The notes: generated by a model not told the origin, from the sequence alone. Counted from the stretch's first letter, positions 9,287 to 16,749 are shown. The stretch: DNA of 38,183 nt from Candidatus Moranbacteria bacterium CG23_combo_of_CG06-09_8_20_14_all_35_22 (GCA_002772115.1 PCRW01000068.1:1-38183); one strand, 5' to 3'. Numbers and translations: made by a program.

Positions 9287-10792
9287 ATGAAAAAAGAAAA
9301 AAATATTATTTTTGTTGCATTACTTTTTATACTAGTATTGGGATTTTTTTTGCGTTTTTATAAACTTGGGCAACAGCCATTTGTGACGGATGAGTTTTTG
9401 GATATTAACGCTACTTATGGATATTTTAAAACTGGGCAATGGTTGGCGTGGGATTTTAATCTAGATCAAGTGAGTGAAAATTTATATACTCAAAGAGAAG
9501 AACGCTCTTGGCTTTATCGCATTCAGGTGGCACAATTGTTTCATTTCTTTCCTTTGACAGAAGCAACGGCGAGGTCAGTGAGTGTCATTTGGGGAATAAT
9601 TAGTATTATTATTTTGTATTTTACAGCTACTTATTTTACTAAAAACAAAATCATTGGTCTTATCTCGGCTTTTCTTTTCGCAGTGAGTATCGCTGGAATA
9701 ACTTTTGATCGAATGCTTCGAATGTACGCCATGTTTTTTCCTGTTTTTCTCCTTTTTTCTTGGTTTCTCTTTCGATTTTTTGAGGAAGAATATGTGGGCA
9801 ATGTTGCAATTATGAAGCTCGTTTGGAATAAATTTGGAATAAATTTAGTCTGGTTTTTGCCAACAACATTTTTTGGATTATTGAGTTTTCATCTGCATCC
9901 GCTTACGCTTAATATTGGCGTGGTTTTTGGTGCTTATCTTGTCATCCAATCCTGCTTGGCTTTTTATCAAAAAAGAACCATATTAAATAAATATACAGTT
10001 ATTTTATTTTTAACATTGATTGGTTTGATTATAGTGTATATAAAAAATCCTCAAGTATATTCGTTTTATTCCAAAAAAGATCTGATTGCTTTTGATCATG
10101 CAAGATGGCGATATTTGCAAGCAATAGTTTCAGATTATATGAATATTATCTTGGCTTACGGATTGATTGTTTCCGGTTTTTATAATCTAAGAAAAAATAC
10201 TAAAATTAAAAAAGAATTAATTTGGCTGATTTGTTGTTTTTTTGCGATAGTTTTTTCGGCAGTTTTCTTGTGGAATGAAGTTTTTGGTTTGCGTTTTATT
10301 TTCTTTGCGATGTCTTTTGGGATAATCTTGCTTTCAAGCGGGATATATTTTTTTGCAGACAAAATTGGAAAATATTTTCTCGCGTATCAGAAAAAAGTTT
10401 TTATTGGTGTGCTAGCACTGGCACTTCTGATTGTTCCAAATTATGCTTATTTTTTTTCCAAAGAAAGTCCGTATCGAAAAGATGAAACTAAAACTGATTA
10501 TCGATCAGCTTTTCAATATTTTTTGGAGAATAAGAATGAAGGTGATGCTTTGCTTACGCGAAATTTTCGCAGTTTTTACTATAAAAACGCTAAAGCTAAA
10601 ATTATCAATAAGGAATGGAACAAAAAAATCAGTTTGGATGAATTGAATAAAATAATGATAGAAAATCCCAGTGGATGGATTGTGACAGGCGATCCAAAAG
10701 GGGACATGGAAAAAGACGCTTTGAAATATATAGAAGAAAATTCGTCAGATAAAAAAGAAATCAGTGGAGTTCAAATTTATCATTGGAATTAG
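9287..10792 (+). CDS. GT-C-fold membrane glycosyltransferase (ArnT/PMT-like), tandem paralogue C (most diverged)
   Basis: FVTDEFLDINATYGYFKTGQWLAWDF, with the same topology as A and B. Its C-terminal domain lacks the two Cys present in A and B. It overlaps the convergent gene by 4 nt. Confidence 0.8.
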   Translation: MKKEKNIIFVALLFILVLGFFLRFYKLGQQPFVTDEFLDINATYGYFKTGQWLAWDFNLDQVSENLYTQREERSWLYRIQVAQLFHFFPLTEATARSVSVIWGIISIIILYFTATYFTKNKIIGLISAFLFAVSIAGITFDRMLRMYAMFFPVFLLFSWFLFRFFEEEYVGNVAIMKLVWNKFGINLVWFLPTTFFGLLSFHLHPLTLNIGVVFGAYLVIQSCLAFYQKRTILNKYTVILFLTLIGLIIVYIKNPQVYSFYSKKDLIAFDHARWRYLQAIVSDYMNIILAYGLIVSGFYNLRKNTKIKKELIWLICCFFAIVFSAVFLWNEVFGLRFIFFAMSFGIILLSSGIYFFADKIGKYFLAYQKKVFIGVLALALLIVPNYAYFFSKESPYRKDETKTDYRSAFQYFLENKNEGDALLTRNFRSFYYKNAKAKIINKEWNKKISLDELNKIMIENPSGWIVTGDPKGDMEKDALKYIEENSSDKKEISGVQIYHWN

Positions 10793-11817
10793 TATTTTTT
10801 TGTGCTGACTGTCGCCGAATTGCCGTTTATTTTTACCACAGCAATCATTCTTTGATGATAGGCGGAAGGAATATTATAATTTTTCACTCCGCCAAAATCT
10901 ATAATTCCAAGTGTGGCTGGGTGCTTGTGTCCATTGGCAACTAAAATAATTCGATCTTTATTTTTCTTAAGAATTTTTGAGACTTCATTTTTATTCACCA
11001 AATTCCAAAGTGGATGATGGATAAAGATTATATTTTTGGAACTTTCTTTGAGTCGGCTTTCTAGCCAGTCTAGTGCACCAGAAGTGAGTGTGCCGGTGTA
11101 AATGAAATCGTCAGCATGCTTGGCGTCAATGTGAGTTTCTTCATCAGTGTAGTTGGCATCCAAGACTATAATTTGATAACCTTTAGTATTGGCAACAAAT
11201 CGATTTTTTCGGCCAGTCAAATTTTCAACATTATCCTTGCTCATACTTAGTAGTTCATGATTTCCAATGACATGATAAAGCGGAAAATAAGCAGAAATAA
11301 TGCCACTGGCTTTTTTATAATCCGCCTCGGCCGATTTTTTGGAAATTTCCTTATAGTCCACCCGACTTTCAATTAAATCTCCCAAATCCACAACGATATC
11401 CGGCTGAACTTGATTACGCAAAGTTGAAACAGCTAAATTCAATAAAGTGAAGCCATGTTTTTGTCCGGCATGAGCGTCAGCGATAATCCCAATCGTCAAA
11501 TCAGGGCGTGGAACTTCTTCCTTGGGAGTTTCCTCTTTAGCGGTTTCTTCTGAATTACTTTCTTCTGGCACGGCATTATTTTCCTCTGGTTTTATTTCTG
11601 GTTCCTTGGGCGTTGCTGACTCTGCTTGCACTTCCTGTACCGGTTGAATTTCGGTTAAAGTTATTTCTTGCTCTGGCTCTTTTTCGGCGCCAAAAAGCGC
11701 TACGAAATTTTTTGGATATTGAGAGAAAAAAATCAAAACTAGCGCCGGTAAAATCAAAAGTAAAGGCAGAAATTTTGCTTTGGTTGATTTTTTTTCTACA
11801 ATAACTAAATCATCCAT
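10789..11817 (-). CDS. Membrane-anchored calcineurin-like metallophosphoesterase, paralogue 3, with an E/P-rich linker
   Basis: N-terminal TM helix (FLPLLLILPALVLIFF), then a low-complexity E/P/T linker of about 60 aa. MPE motifs are ADAHAG, GDLIES, GNHE, IHHP and NGHKH. Confidence 0.85.
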   Translation of the reverse strand: MDDLVIVEKKSTKAKFLPLLLILPALVLIFFSQYPKNFVALFGAEKEPEQEITLTEIQPVQEVQAESATPKEPEIKPEENNAVPEESNSEETAKEETPKEEVPRPDLTIGIIADAHAGQKHGFTLLNLAVSTLRNQVQPDIVVDLGDLIESRVDYKEISKKSAEADYKKASGIISAYFPLYHVIGNHELLSMSKDNVENLTGRKNRFVANTKGYQIIVLDANYTDEETHIDAKHADDFIYTGTLTSGALDWLESRLKESSKNIIFIHHPLWNLVNKNEVSKILKKNKDRIILVANGHKHPATLGIIDFGGVKNYNIPSAYHQRMIAVVKINGNSATVSTKKY

Positions 11818-11820
11818 AAA

Positions 11821-13314
11821 TTATTTTTTCTTAAATATTATTTTTTTGAAAAAAGTAAAATCATCAAGGGTGAATTCTTTGAGGATAATTAAAACAAGAA
11901 GATAAATCCCAGCTAGGATAACGCTCCACAAAATGAAAAACCATTCTTGCGGAGGAAAAAAATTCGAAACAAGAAACATCAAAAATCCGGCGAAAATTAT
12001 TTTTGCAATGCTTTTTATTTGGATGAATTTTCCAAAATATCTTAGCGCATAAAATAATATTATCACAGTTATCAGTCCTGAAACAAGAGAAGTGGCGATG
12101 GCTGATCCGGAAATGCCAAATTTTAAAATCAAAATATAATTTAATCCAGCATTCAGAATCATTCCAAAAAGCGCAATGTACATTGGAATTTTGACTTTGC
12201 CGGCACCATTTAGCGCAAAACTTAGAACATAAAAAATTGTCAAAAATCCAACACCAGGAGCGAGGATTTGCATTGGCAAGACGGAATCGGCATAGCGGGA
12301 ACCAAAAAATAATTGAATGAGGGGTTCGGCATAAGCAACCATAAGAATTATTATCGGAACTAAAATCATCAGCATCAATCGAAAAGTCTGGCTCATTATC
12401 CGTTTTGTTTCTGTGAGATTATTTTGGGAAGTGGTTCTGGAAATCGAAGGCAACATTACCAAAGTTAGCGCGTAAAATAAATAATAGGGGATTCGGCCGA
12501 CAGTGAGTGAAGCGTTATAAATTCCAGTTAAATGATCATCAGCCAGCACTCCTTTGACTAGATATAAGTCCAAAGAAATCAGGAGTTCATAAAAAATCAT
12601 AAAAAGTGTCACGGGCCAAGCGTAATTAACTAGTTTTTTCCAATCAAAAAAATTCGCATTATTTTTGGGAAAATGCCGATTAATGAAAAATTTGTCAATC
12701 AGATAGGCGGTAAGAAAAACCGTAGCGGGAGCGAGAATATAGCCAGAGATGGAACCTTTCAATCCAAAAAAATAAGCTAGGCCAATAACAAAAATTATTC
12801 TGGCAAAAGAGCGAACTATTTTTAGGGTGGATTGCAGACTGAAGCGGTGAATGCCGATGTAATAATAAAGATAAAAAGAAGCGGCGGCAAAAGAGGGGAT
12901 AATCAAAGAAGAAATACGAAAAAGCGGAGTGAGAGTTGGATCACGCAAAATAAAGGATAGTACGGGAGCTAAAAGAAAAAATATTATCGTAATTATCCCA
13001 ATGAGGACAAATTGTAGTAAGGCCGCCTTTTTTTTGACACTCAAGACTAATTCTGGCTGACTTTCAAAAAAACCACTGATGTATTTACTCATAGCTGTCG
13101 GGATGCCATTGCCGATAAGCATAATGATCATTGTAGTGAGTGTCACAACTAATCCATAGCGTCCATAATCCGCGGGACCTAGCATTCGACCTAAAAATGC
13201 ATGGATAATATAACCAGAAAAATTGAAAAATATTTCTGCAATAGCCAGCCATAAAATTGAAGAAACTACGGTTTGTTTTTTTTCGCCAAAGGATGATTTT
13301 GCTAAATTTGACAT
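11821..13314 (-). CDS. Polysaccharide/oligosaccharide flippase (Wzx/MOP superfamily)
   Basis: 497 aa with about 14 TM helices and the typical polysaccharide-biosynthesis-protein layout. A 3-nt gap separates it from the downstream MPE gene, and its start overlaps the upstream gene by 13 nt. Confidence 0.75.
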   Translation of the reverse strand: MSNLAKSSFGEKKQTVVSSILWLAIAEIFFNFSGYIIHAFLGRMLGPADYGRYGLVVTLTTMIIMLIGNGIPTAMSKYISGFFESQPELVLSVKKKAALLQFVLIGIITIIFFLLAPVLSFILRDPTLTPLFRISSLIIPSFAAASFYLYYYIGIHRFSLQSTLKIVRSFARIIFVIGLAYFFGLKGSISGYILAPATVFLTAYLIDKFFINRHFPKNNANFFDWKKLVNYAWPVTLFMIFYELLISLDLYLVKGVLADDHLTGIYNASLTVGRIPYYLFYALTLVMLPSISRTTSQNNLTETKRIMSQTFRLMLMILVPIIILMVAYAEPLIQLFFGSRYADSVLPMQILAPGVGFLTIFYVLSFALNGAGKVKIPMYIALFGMILNAGLNYILILKFGISGSAIATSLVSGLITVIILFYALRYFGKFIQIKSIAKIIFAGFLMFLVSNFFPPQEWFFILWSVILAGIYLLVLIILKEFTLDDFTFFKKIIFKKK

Positions 13315-13916
13315 AATTTTTTTATTTCTTCAAAAACACTTTCTTTATTTTGATTGCCGTCAATTTTTTTCATATTCCAAAAGGAAAAATTAGCGTCATA
13401 CAATTCTTTTTTCTTTTTCAAATACTCCATTCCTTGATCAGGTTTTCGTTCGCGAGACATAATGATTTGCGGATCAGTTTGAAGATAGATCGCCAGATTT
13501 GGCTTCCTAACATCCGATGTTAGGAGTACTTTCCTAACATCGGATGTTAGGAGCGAAAGGTATTCAATATTCACAATGCTGTCATAAAAATATCGATCAC
13601 TTAATATATAATCAAATTTTTCTTTTTCCAATTTCTTGTATAATTTTTTAAAACGCCAAAGATCAATCATTAAAAATATTTTTCGTAAAAATATTTGAAA
13701 AAAATTGGCACGGATAACGCTTTTTTCTTTCTTGGACATTCGATGTCCAATTGGACATCGAATGTCCAAGAGACAACTAATTTTTTTAGCAAGGCCAAAC
13801 TCAATGGCATGAAAATAAAAGACCCGTTTATTTTGGGATTTTAGATATTCTTTTAGTAATTCTATTTGAGTGGATTTTCCAGAGCCATCTAGGCTGGAGA
13901 TTGTGATTAATTTCAT
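13302..13916 (-). CDS. Tmk-like P-loop NMP-kinase-fold protein carrying two palindromic in-frame inserts
   Basis: P-loop SLDGSGKSTQ, SDRYFYDS (DRY-type motif) and PNLAIYLQTDP (compare Tmk PDLTLYLD). The TMP-binding REPGGT-type motif is not visible, so true thymidylate kinase activity is uncertain. Confidence 0.6.
   Translation of the reverse strand: MKLITISSLDGSGKSTQIELLKEYLKSQNKRVFYFHAIEFGLAKKISCLLDIRCPIGHRMSKKEKSVIRANFFQIFLRKIFLMIDLWRFKKLYKKLEKEKFDYILSDRYFYDSIVNIEYLSLLTSDVRKVLLTSDVRKPNLAIYLQTDPQIIMSRERKPDQGMEYLKKKKELYDANFSFWNMKKIDGNQNKESVFEEIKKLCQI
13504..13557. repeat. Tandem 27-nt repeat (x2), each unit a 9-bp-stem hairpin, in-frame in the Tmk-like CDS
   Basis: ttcctaacatc[c]gatgttaggagtact / ttcctaacatc[g]gatgttaggagcgaa. 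The two hairpins differ only in the central loop base, so they are reverse complements of each other. They encode LLTSDVRKV-LLTSDVRKP. Confidence 0.9.
13731..13770. repeat. 40-nt perfect nested palindrome in-frame in the Tmk-like CDS
   Basis: cttggacattcgatgtccaa|ttggacatcgaatgtccaag. The whole segment is self-complementary and each half is itself an 8-bp-stem hairpin. It encodes ...LLDIRCPIGHRMS... Confidence 0.9.
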
Positions 13917-13925
13917 GTGATTCTC

Positions 13926-13972
13926 TACGAATTACGAATTAGTACGAATATACGAATGGGATTAATACGAAA
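13926..13972. repeat. TACGAAT heptamer array (4 exact copies plus 1 variant)
   Basis: tacgaat occurs at 13926, 13933, 13943 and 13951, and tacgaaa at 13966. The array fills the spacer between the RtcB-like stop and the Tmk-like start. Confidence 0.85.
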
Positions 13973-15278
13973 GGATTTCTACTGTTTCTAATTTTGCCAC
14001 TGTTTTAATTATTTTATTTTCTTCCATTTCGTGGACAATTTTTTCGGCGTATTCTTTGGGATTTTCCAAGCCAGTTATTTTGCCAATTTCATGATTAGCA
14101 GAGAAGAAGGTTTCTTCGTTTTGATCAGTGCCTACGCCAATATAAGCGATTTTATTGGCAAAAGGAGCAATTAGCACTGGTTCGCCAGTTTGGGAGAAAA
14201 TCGCGTGGGGAGTCATTTTTGAGGGTCCGTATGCGCGATTAGCACCATTTCGATGGATAATAACTTTTTGATTAAAATGTGTTTCCTCGTCAAAATAGAC
14301 ATGTGGAGCATCATAAAGCAGTTTGGTCGAAACGGATCTAGCGAATATTTTTTCCAGTGCTTTGTGGATTTCGCAAGTTATCAAGGTTCGATTGGCAAAA
14401 CCATAATTTCCGGTGGCACGAAAAGCTGTGTCAATTTTATTTTTGTCATTGATTTGAATTGAGGGTGAAAAAAGTTTGATAAAAAGCAGGATTAATTTTT
14501 GGGAAAAACTCTTTATTTTTCTGGAAGTATAGAGCGAGGCAGTGTAACGGCCAACAATACTTGAACCCGTATGTATAAAAAAAAGATATTGGTTATTTCT
14601 AATTCCCAGGGTTGAAGCGAGGTTTTCATCTAAAATTTCTGATACTCGCATAAGATAAATGAAATGACTGTTGGTTGCTCCAAGAAGCCCAAGGCGAAAT
14701 TTGGCAATCCAAGAAATTATTTTTGGAACGGCATTGGAAATTTCTTGTTTAGATATTTCTTGATTAGCAAAAAAATTACCTTGAGAAAAAGTATTTTCAA
14801 ATTCATTTTTTGTGCAAATTGGGAAAACTCTTTCCAAAGCTTTACTACCGAGTTGAAAAATATCCATTACCATTTCTTTGGAAATTTTTGTGCCAATTAT
14901 TTTTTTGGAAGGGATGTTTTTCTGGAGTTCAGCAAAAAGATTCTTTATATTTTCTTCAGTTAATTCTTTTCCGGCAAGATCAGTCAAAATAACTCGCATT
15001 CCGCAATTAGTGGCGGAATCCAACATTTCCGGGATAATATTTTTTGAAGCAACGACTGCGCCAGTAGGATTTTCTATGTTTGGCTTAGTGTGAGCTTCAC
15101 TAAGAACAGCAATGTCGTGAAAAACATTTTCATTTGCAGCTATTTTTTCAACTGCCTCCAAGACATCACTTTTTTCAAAATTTCTTTCTTCGGAAAACAA
15201 AATAGCCGGTACTTTCATTTTTTCCGTTTGGAAACTTTTTTTGTTTTCAGAAATATTTTCTAAATTATATTTATTCAT
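13962..15278 (-). CDS. Divergent RtcB-family protein (RNA 3'-phosphate ligase fold)
   Basis: It aligns block by block with E. coli RtcB. DIAVLSEAH...NIIPEMLDSATNCGM matches HIAVMPDVH...AIIPAAVGVDIGCGM, and GATNSHF matches GTGNHF. IHTGSSIVGR matches LHSGSRGIGN, and APHVY...HRNGANRA matches CHHNY...TRKGAVSA. SANHEIGK matches SCSHGAGR. Its start overlaps the upstream GT4 stop by 4 nt. Confidence 0.75.
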   Translation of the reverse strand: MNKYNLENISENKKSFQTEKMKVPAILFSEERNFEKSDVLEAVEKIAANENVFHDIAVLSEAHTKPNIENPTGAVVASKNIIPEMLDSATNCGMRVILTDLAGKELTEENIKNLFAELQKNIPSKKIIGTKISKEMVMDIFQLGSKALERVFPICTKNEFENTFSQGNFFANQEISKQEISNAVPKIISWIAKFRLGLLGATNSHFIYLMRVSEILDENLASTLGIRNNQYLFFIHTGSSIVGRYTASLYTSRKIKSFSQKLILLFIKLFSPSIQINDKNKIDTAFRATGNYGFANRTLITCEIHKALEKIFARSVSTKLLYDAPHVYFDEETHFNQKVIIHRNGANRAYGPSKMTPHAIFSQTGEPVLIAPFANKIAYIGVGTDQNEETFFSANHEIGKITGLENPKEYAEKIVHEMEENKIIKTVAKLETVEILSY

Positions 15279-16393
15279 AAAGTCTTATAAATATCTTCAT
15301 AAATTTCAGCAATTTTTTTGATATCAAAATTTTCCTCGCAAAATTTTCGGGCGTTTTTTCCAAGCAAGATTCGCTTTTCTTTATTTTGATATAAATCAAA
15401 AATCGCGTCAGTTAATTGTTGCAAGTTGTCTTTTTCAATTATAACAGAATTATTATTATTGCCCAATTCTTTTAGAATTTCCAGATCCGTTAAAATTATT
15501 GGTTTTTCACAAGCCATTGCCTCAATAACAGCGAGAGGGATATCAAACTTCCCTCGCATATTTTGCACTGGGAAAAGACTGATGTCACAGAGATTATAAA
15601 CTTCTGGCATATCGTATTTGCCATTATCAAAAAAAGAAACTTTCTCTCGAAGATTATTTTTCTTGATTTTTTCCATAACCTTTTCTTTTTTTTGAGCGTC
15701 TTTTTCGTTTTTAATTCGAACTGCTAAAGTTAGCTTGGCCGTGGGAATTTTTTTGGAAATTTCAATGAAACTATCAACGACTAAATCAATCGCTCCAAGA
15801 CGCACATATTCGCCAGAAAAATTTATCACAAAATCATCTTGCGAAATGTTTTTTTCTCGCATAAGCTCTGGATTTTTTTCTTGCAGTTGATATTTTTCTA
15901 GATCAATCCCTGGGTAAACTCTTCTGACATTTTGAAAGCCCAACGAATCCAATTTATTTTTAGCATGATCAGAGTAGGTGATAATGAGATCGGCAAACAT
16001 CAATTTTTTTATATCACAATCTGACCAAAGATCATCACGAAGAGAAGCGATGGTTTGAATTGTTTTAGTATGCTTAGATTTTAAGAAATTTTTAATCAAG
16101 TAGGAATTAAGTTTTGTCGGTGTGAAAAAATAATGATTGATATCAAATTGGCCTTTGGTTTTGAATTGGAAAAGTAGGGCACGCAGTTTTTGGGAAAAAT
16201 TAAAATCCGAAACCTTGGAAGTAGTATAGATATCATTAGAAACAACATTTTCTGGAAGTTCTGGTAAAATTCCCTTGGTCATTAAGTTAATTTCAAAACC
16301 AACTAGGTTTTTGGCTAGATAATAGGCGAAATTTTTAGAACCCTCATCCCAAGGCGGAGCAATCGGTCTTGTTACTAAGAGTATTTTTTTCAT
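15275..16393 (-). CDS. GT4-family (GT-B) glycosyltransferase
   Basis: 372 aa. The C-terminal EX7E-like region is FPVQNMRGKFDIPLAVIEAMACEKPIILTD. It is the first gene of the co-directional operon 16393->10789. Confidence 0.8.
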   Translation of the reverse strand: MKKILLVTRPIAPPWDEGSKNFAYYLAKNLVGFEINLMTKGILPELPENVVSNDIYTTSKVSDFNFSQKLRALLFQFKTKGQFDINHYFFTPTKLNSYLIKNFLKSKHTKTIQTIASLRDDLWSDCDIKKLMFADLIITYSDHAKNKLDSLGFQNVRRVYPGIDLEKYQLQEKNPELMREKNISQDDFVINFSGEYVRLGAIDLVVDSFIEISKKIPTAKLTLAVRIKNEKDAQKKEKVMEKIKKNNLREKVSFFDNGKYDMPEVYNLCDISLFPVQNMRGKFDIPLAVIEAMACEKPIILTDLEILKELGNNNNSVIIEKDNLQQLTDAIFDLYQNKEKRILLGKNARKFCEENFDIKKIAEIYEDIYKTL

Positions 16394-16439
16394 ATTGACA
16401 AATTTTAACTTTTAGTGTAGTTTTTATTTAGCACATTAT

Positions 16440-16745
16440 TAACCCGAGTTCGAAAGGCGAAACACGCATCAATTGTGAGTGGCCGTGCCATTCATTTCAT
16501 TACTGCGGTTTTCGGCTTCAGGACTCAATTTCCCCGAGGGTTGCGTAACTATAACGCGATTTTGGATTAGGTTTCTGTGTTTATGGAAACCAAATGCAAT
16601 AGTTTTTCAATATTATTGCAATAAATATCCGCCCTCGGGCCCCAACATTTTGGCTAGGAGGCTGTTAAAAACGCCTCTGCCTCACTCCTCAGCAGGAGAC
16701 AGTGGTTTCCCTCCTGTTTCCACTTTTCCCTCCTGCTGAGTTTTT
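16440..16745 (-). ncRNA. Structured GC-rich ncRNA, class unconfirmed; best guess is a reduced RNase P RNA on the minus strand
   Basis: An island of about 300 nt, much more GC-rich than its flanks, lies between two CDSs. It has many nested helices: cccgaggg 16533-40 pairs with ccctcggg 16632-39; ggat pairs with atcc around the hairpins ggtttc/gaaacc and tgcaata/tattgca; gcgt pairs with acgc; gaggc pairs with gcctc. On the minus strand, AAUGAAUGG followed by a P2-like 3' strand, and then CGAACUCGGGUUA, resemble RNase P CR-IV and CR-V. A P2/P3/P4-like pseudoknot order is possible. The universal GGAAAGUCC and a P1 helix are not recognisable. The 86-aa ORF at 16479-16739 is judged spurious. Confidence 0.4.
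16688..16745. terminator. Long GC-rich hairpin: candidate intrinsic terminator, or the terminal helix of the ncRNA
   Basis: An 11-bp stem (ctcagcaggag ... ctcctgctgag) encloses an inner agtgg/ccact hairpin. It is followed on the + strand by tttttattttt. On the - strand it begins about 10 nt after the stop of 16750-17109 but has no U-tract. Confidence 0.35.
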
Positions 16746-16749
16746 ATTT

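Noticed and set aside
11480-11700. The E/P/T-rich low-complexity stretch in MPE paralogue 3 as a nucleotide repeat element.
   Set aside because: It has no hairpin or dispersed-copy structure. It looks like an ordinary disordered linker between the anchor and the catalytic domain.
10789-16393. Calling the kinase, RtcB-like and phosphoesterase trio a bona fide RNA-repair system.
   Set aside because: The phosphoesterase has an N-terminal membrane anchor and an E/P linker, so it is probably extracytoplasmic. The trio is interleaved with a glycosyltransferase and a flippase. The idea is kept only as one hypothesis in the findings.
16479-16739. An 86-aa ORF on the plus strand in the 16.4-16.7 kb spacer.
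   Set aside because: It coincides with a GC-rich, helix-dense region and its peptide has no protein-like features. A structured RNA explains the composition better.
16440-16745. tmRNA or SRP RNA identity for the structured RNA.
   Set aside because: On either strand there is no tRNA-like acceptor or T-arm. The UUCGAA strings lack flanking complementary stems, and there is no GGGG 5' end. There is no credible tag reading frame ending in hydrophobic residues or alanines. The SRP domain IV motif (GGUCCGGAAGGAAGCAGC) is not matched beyond a few bases.
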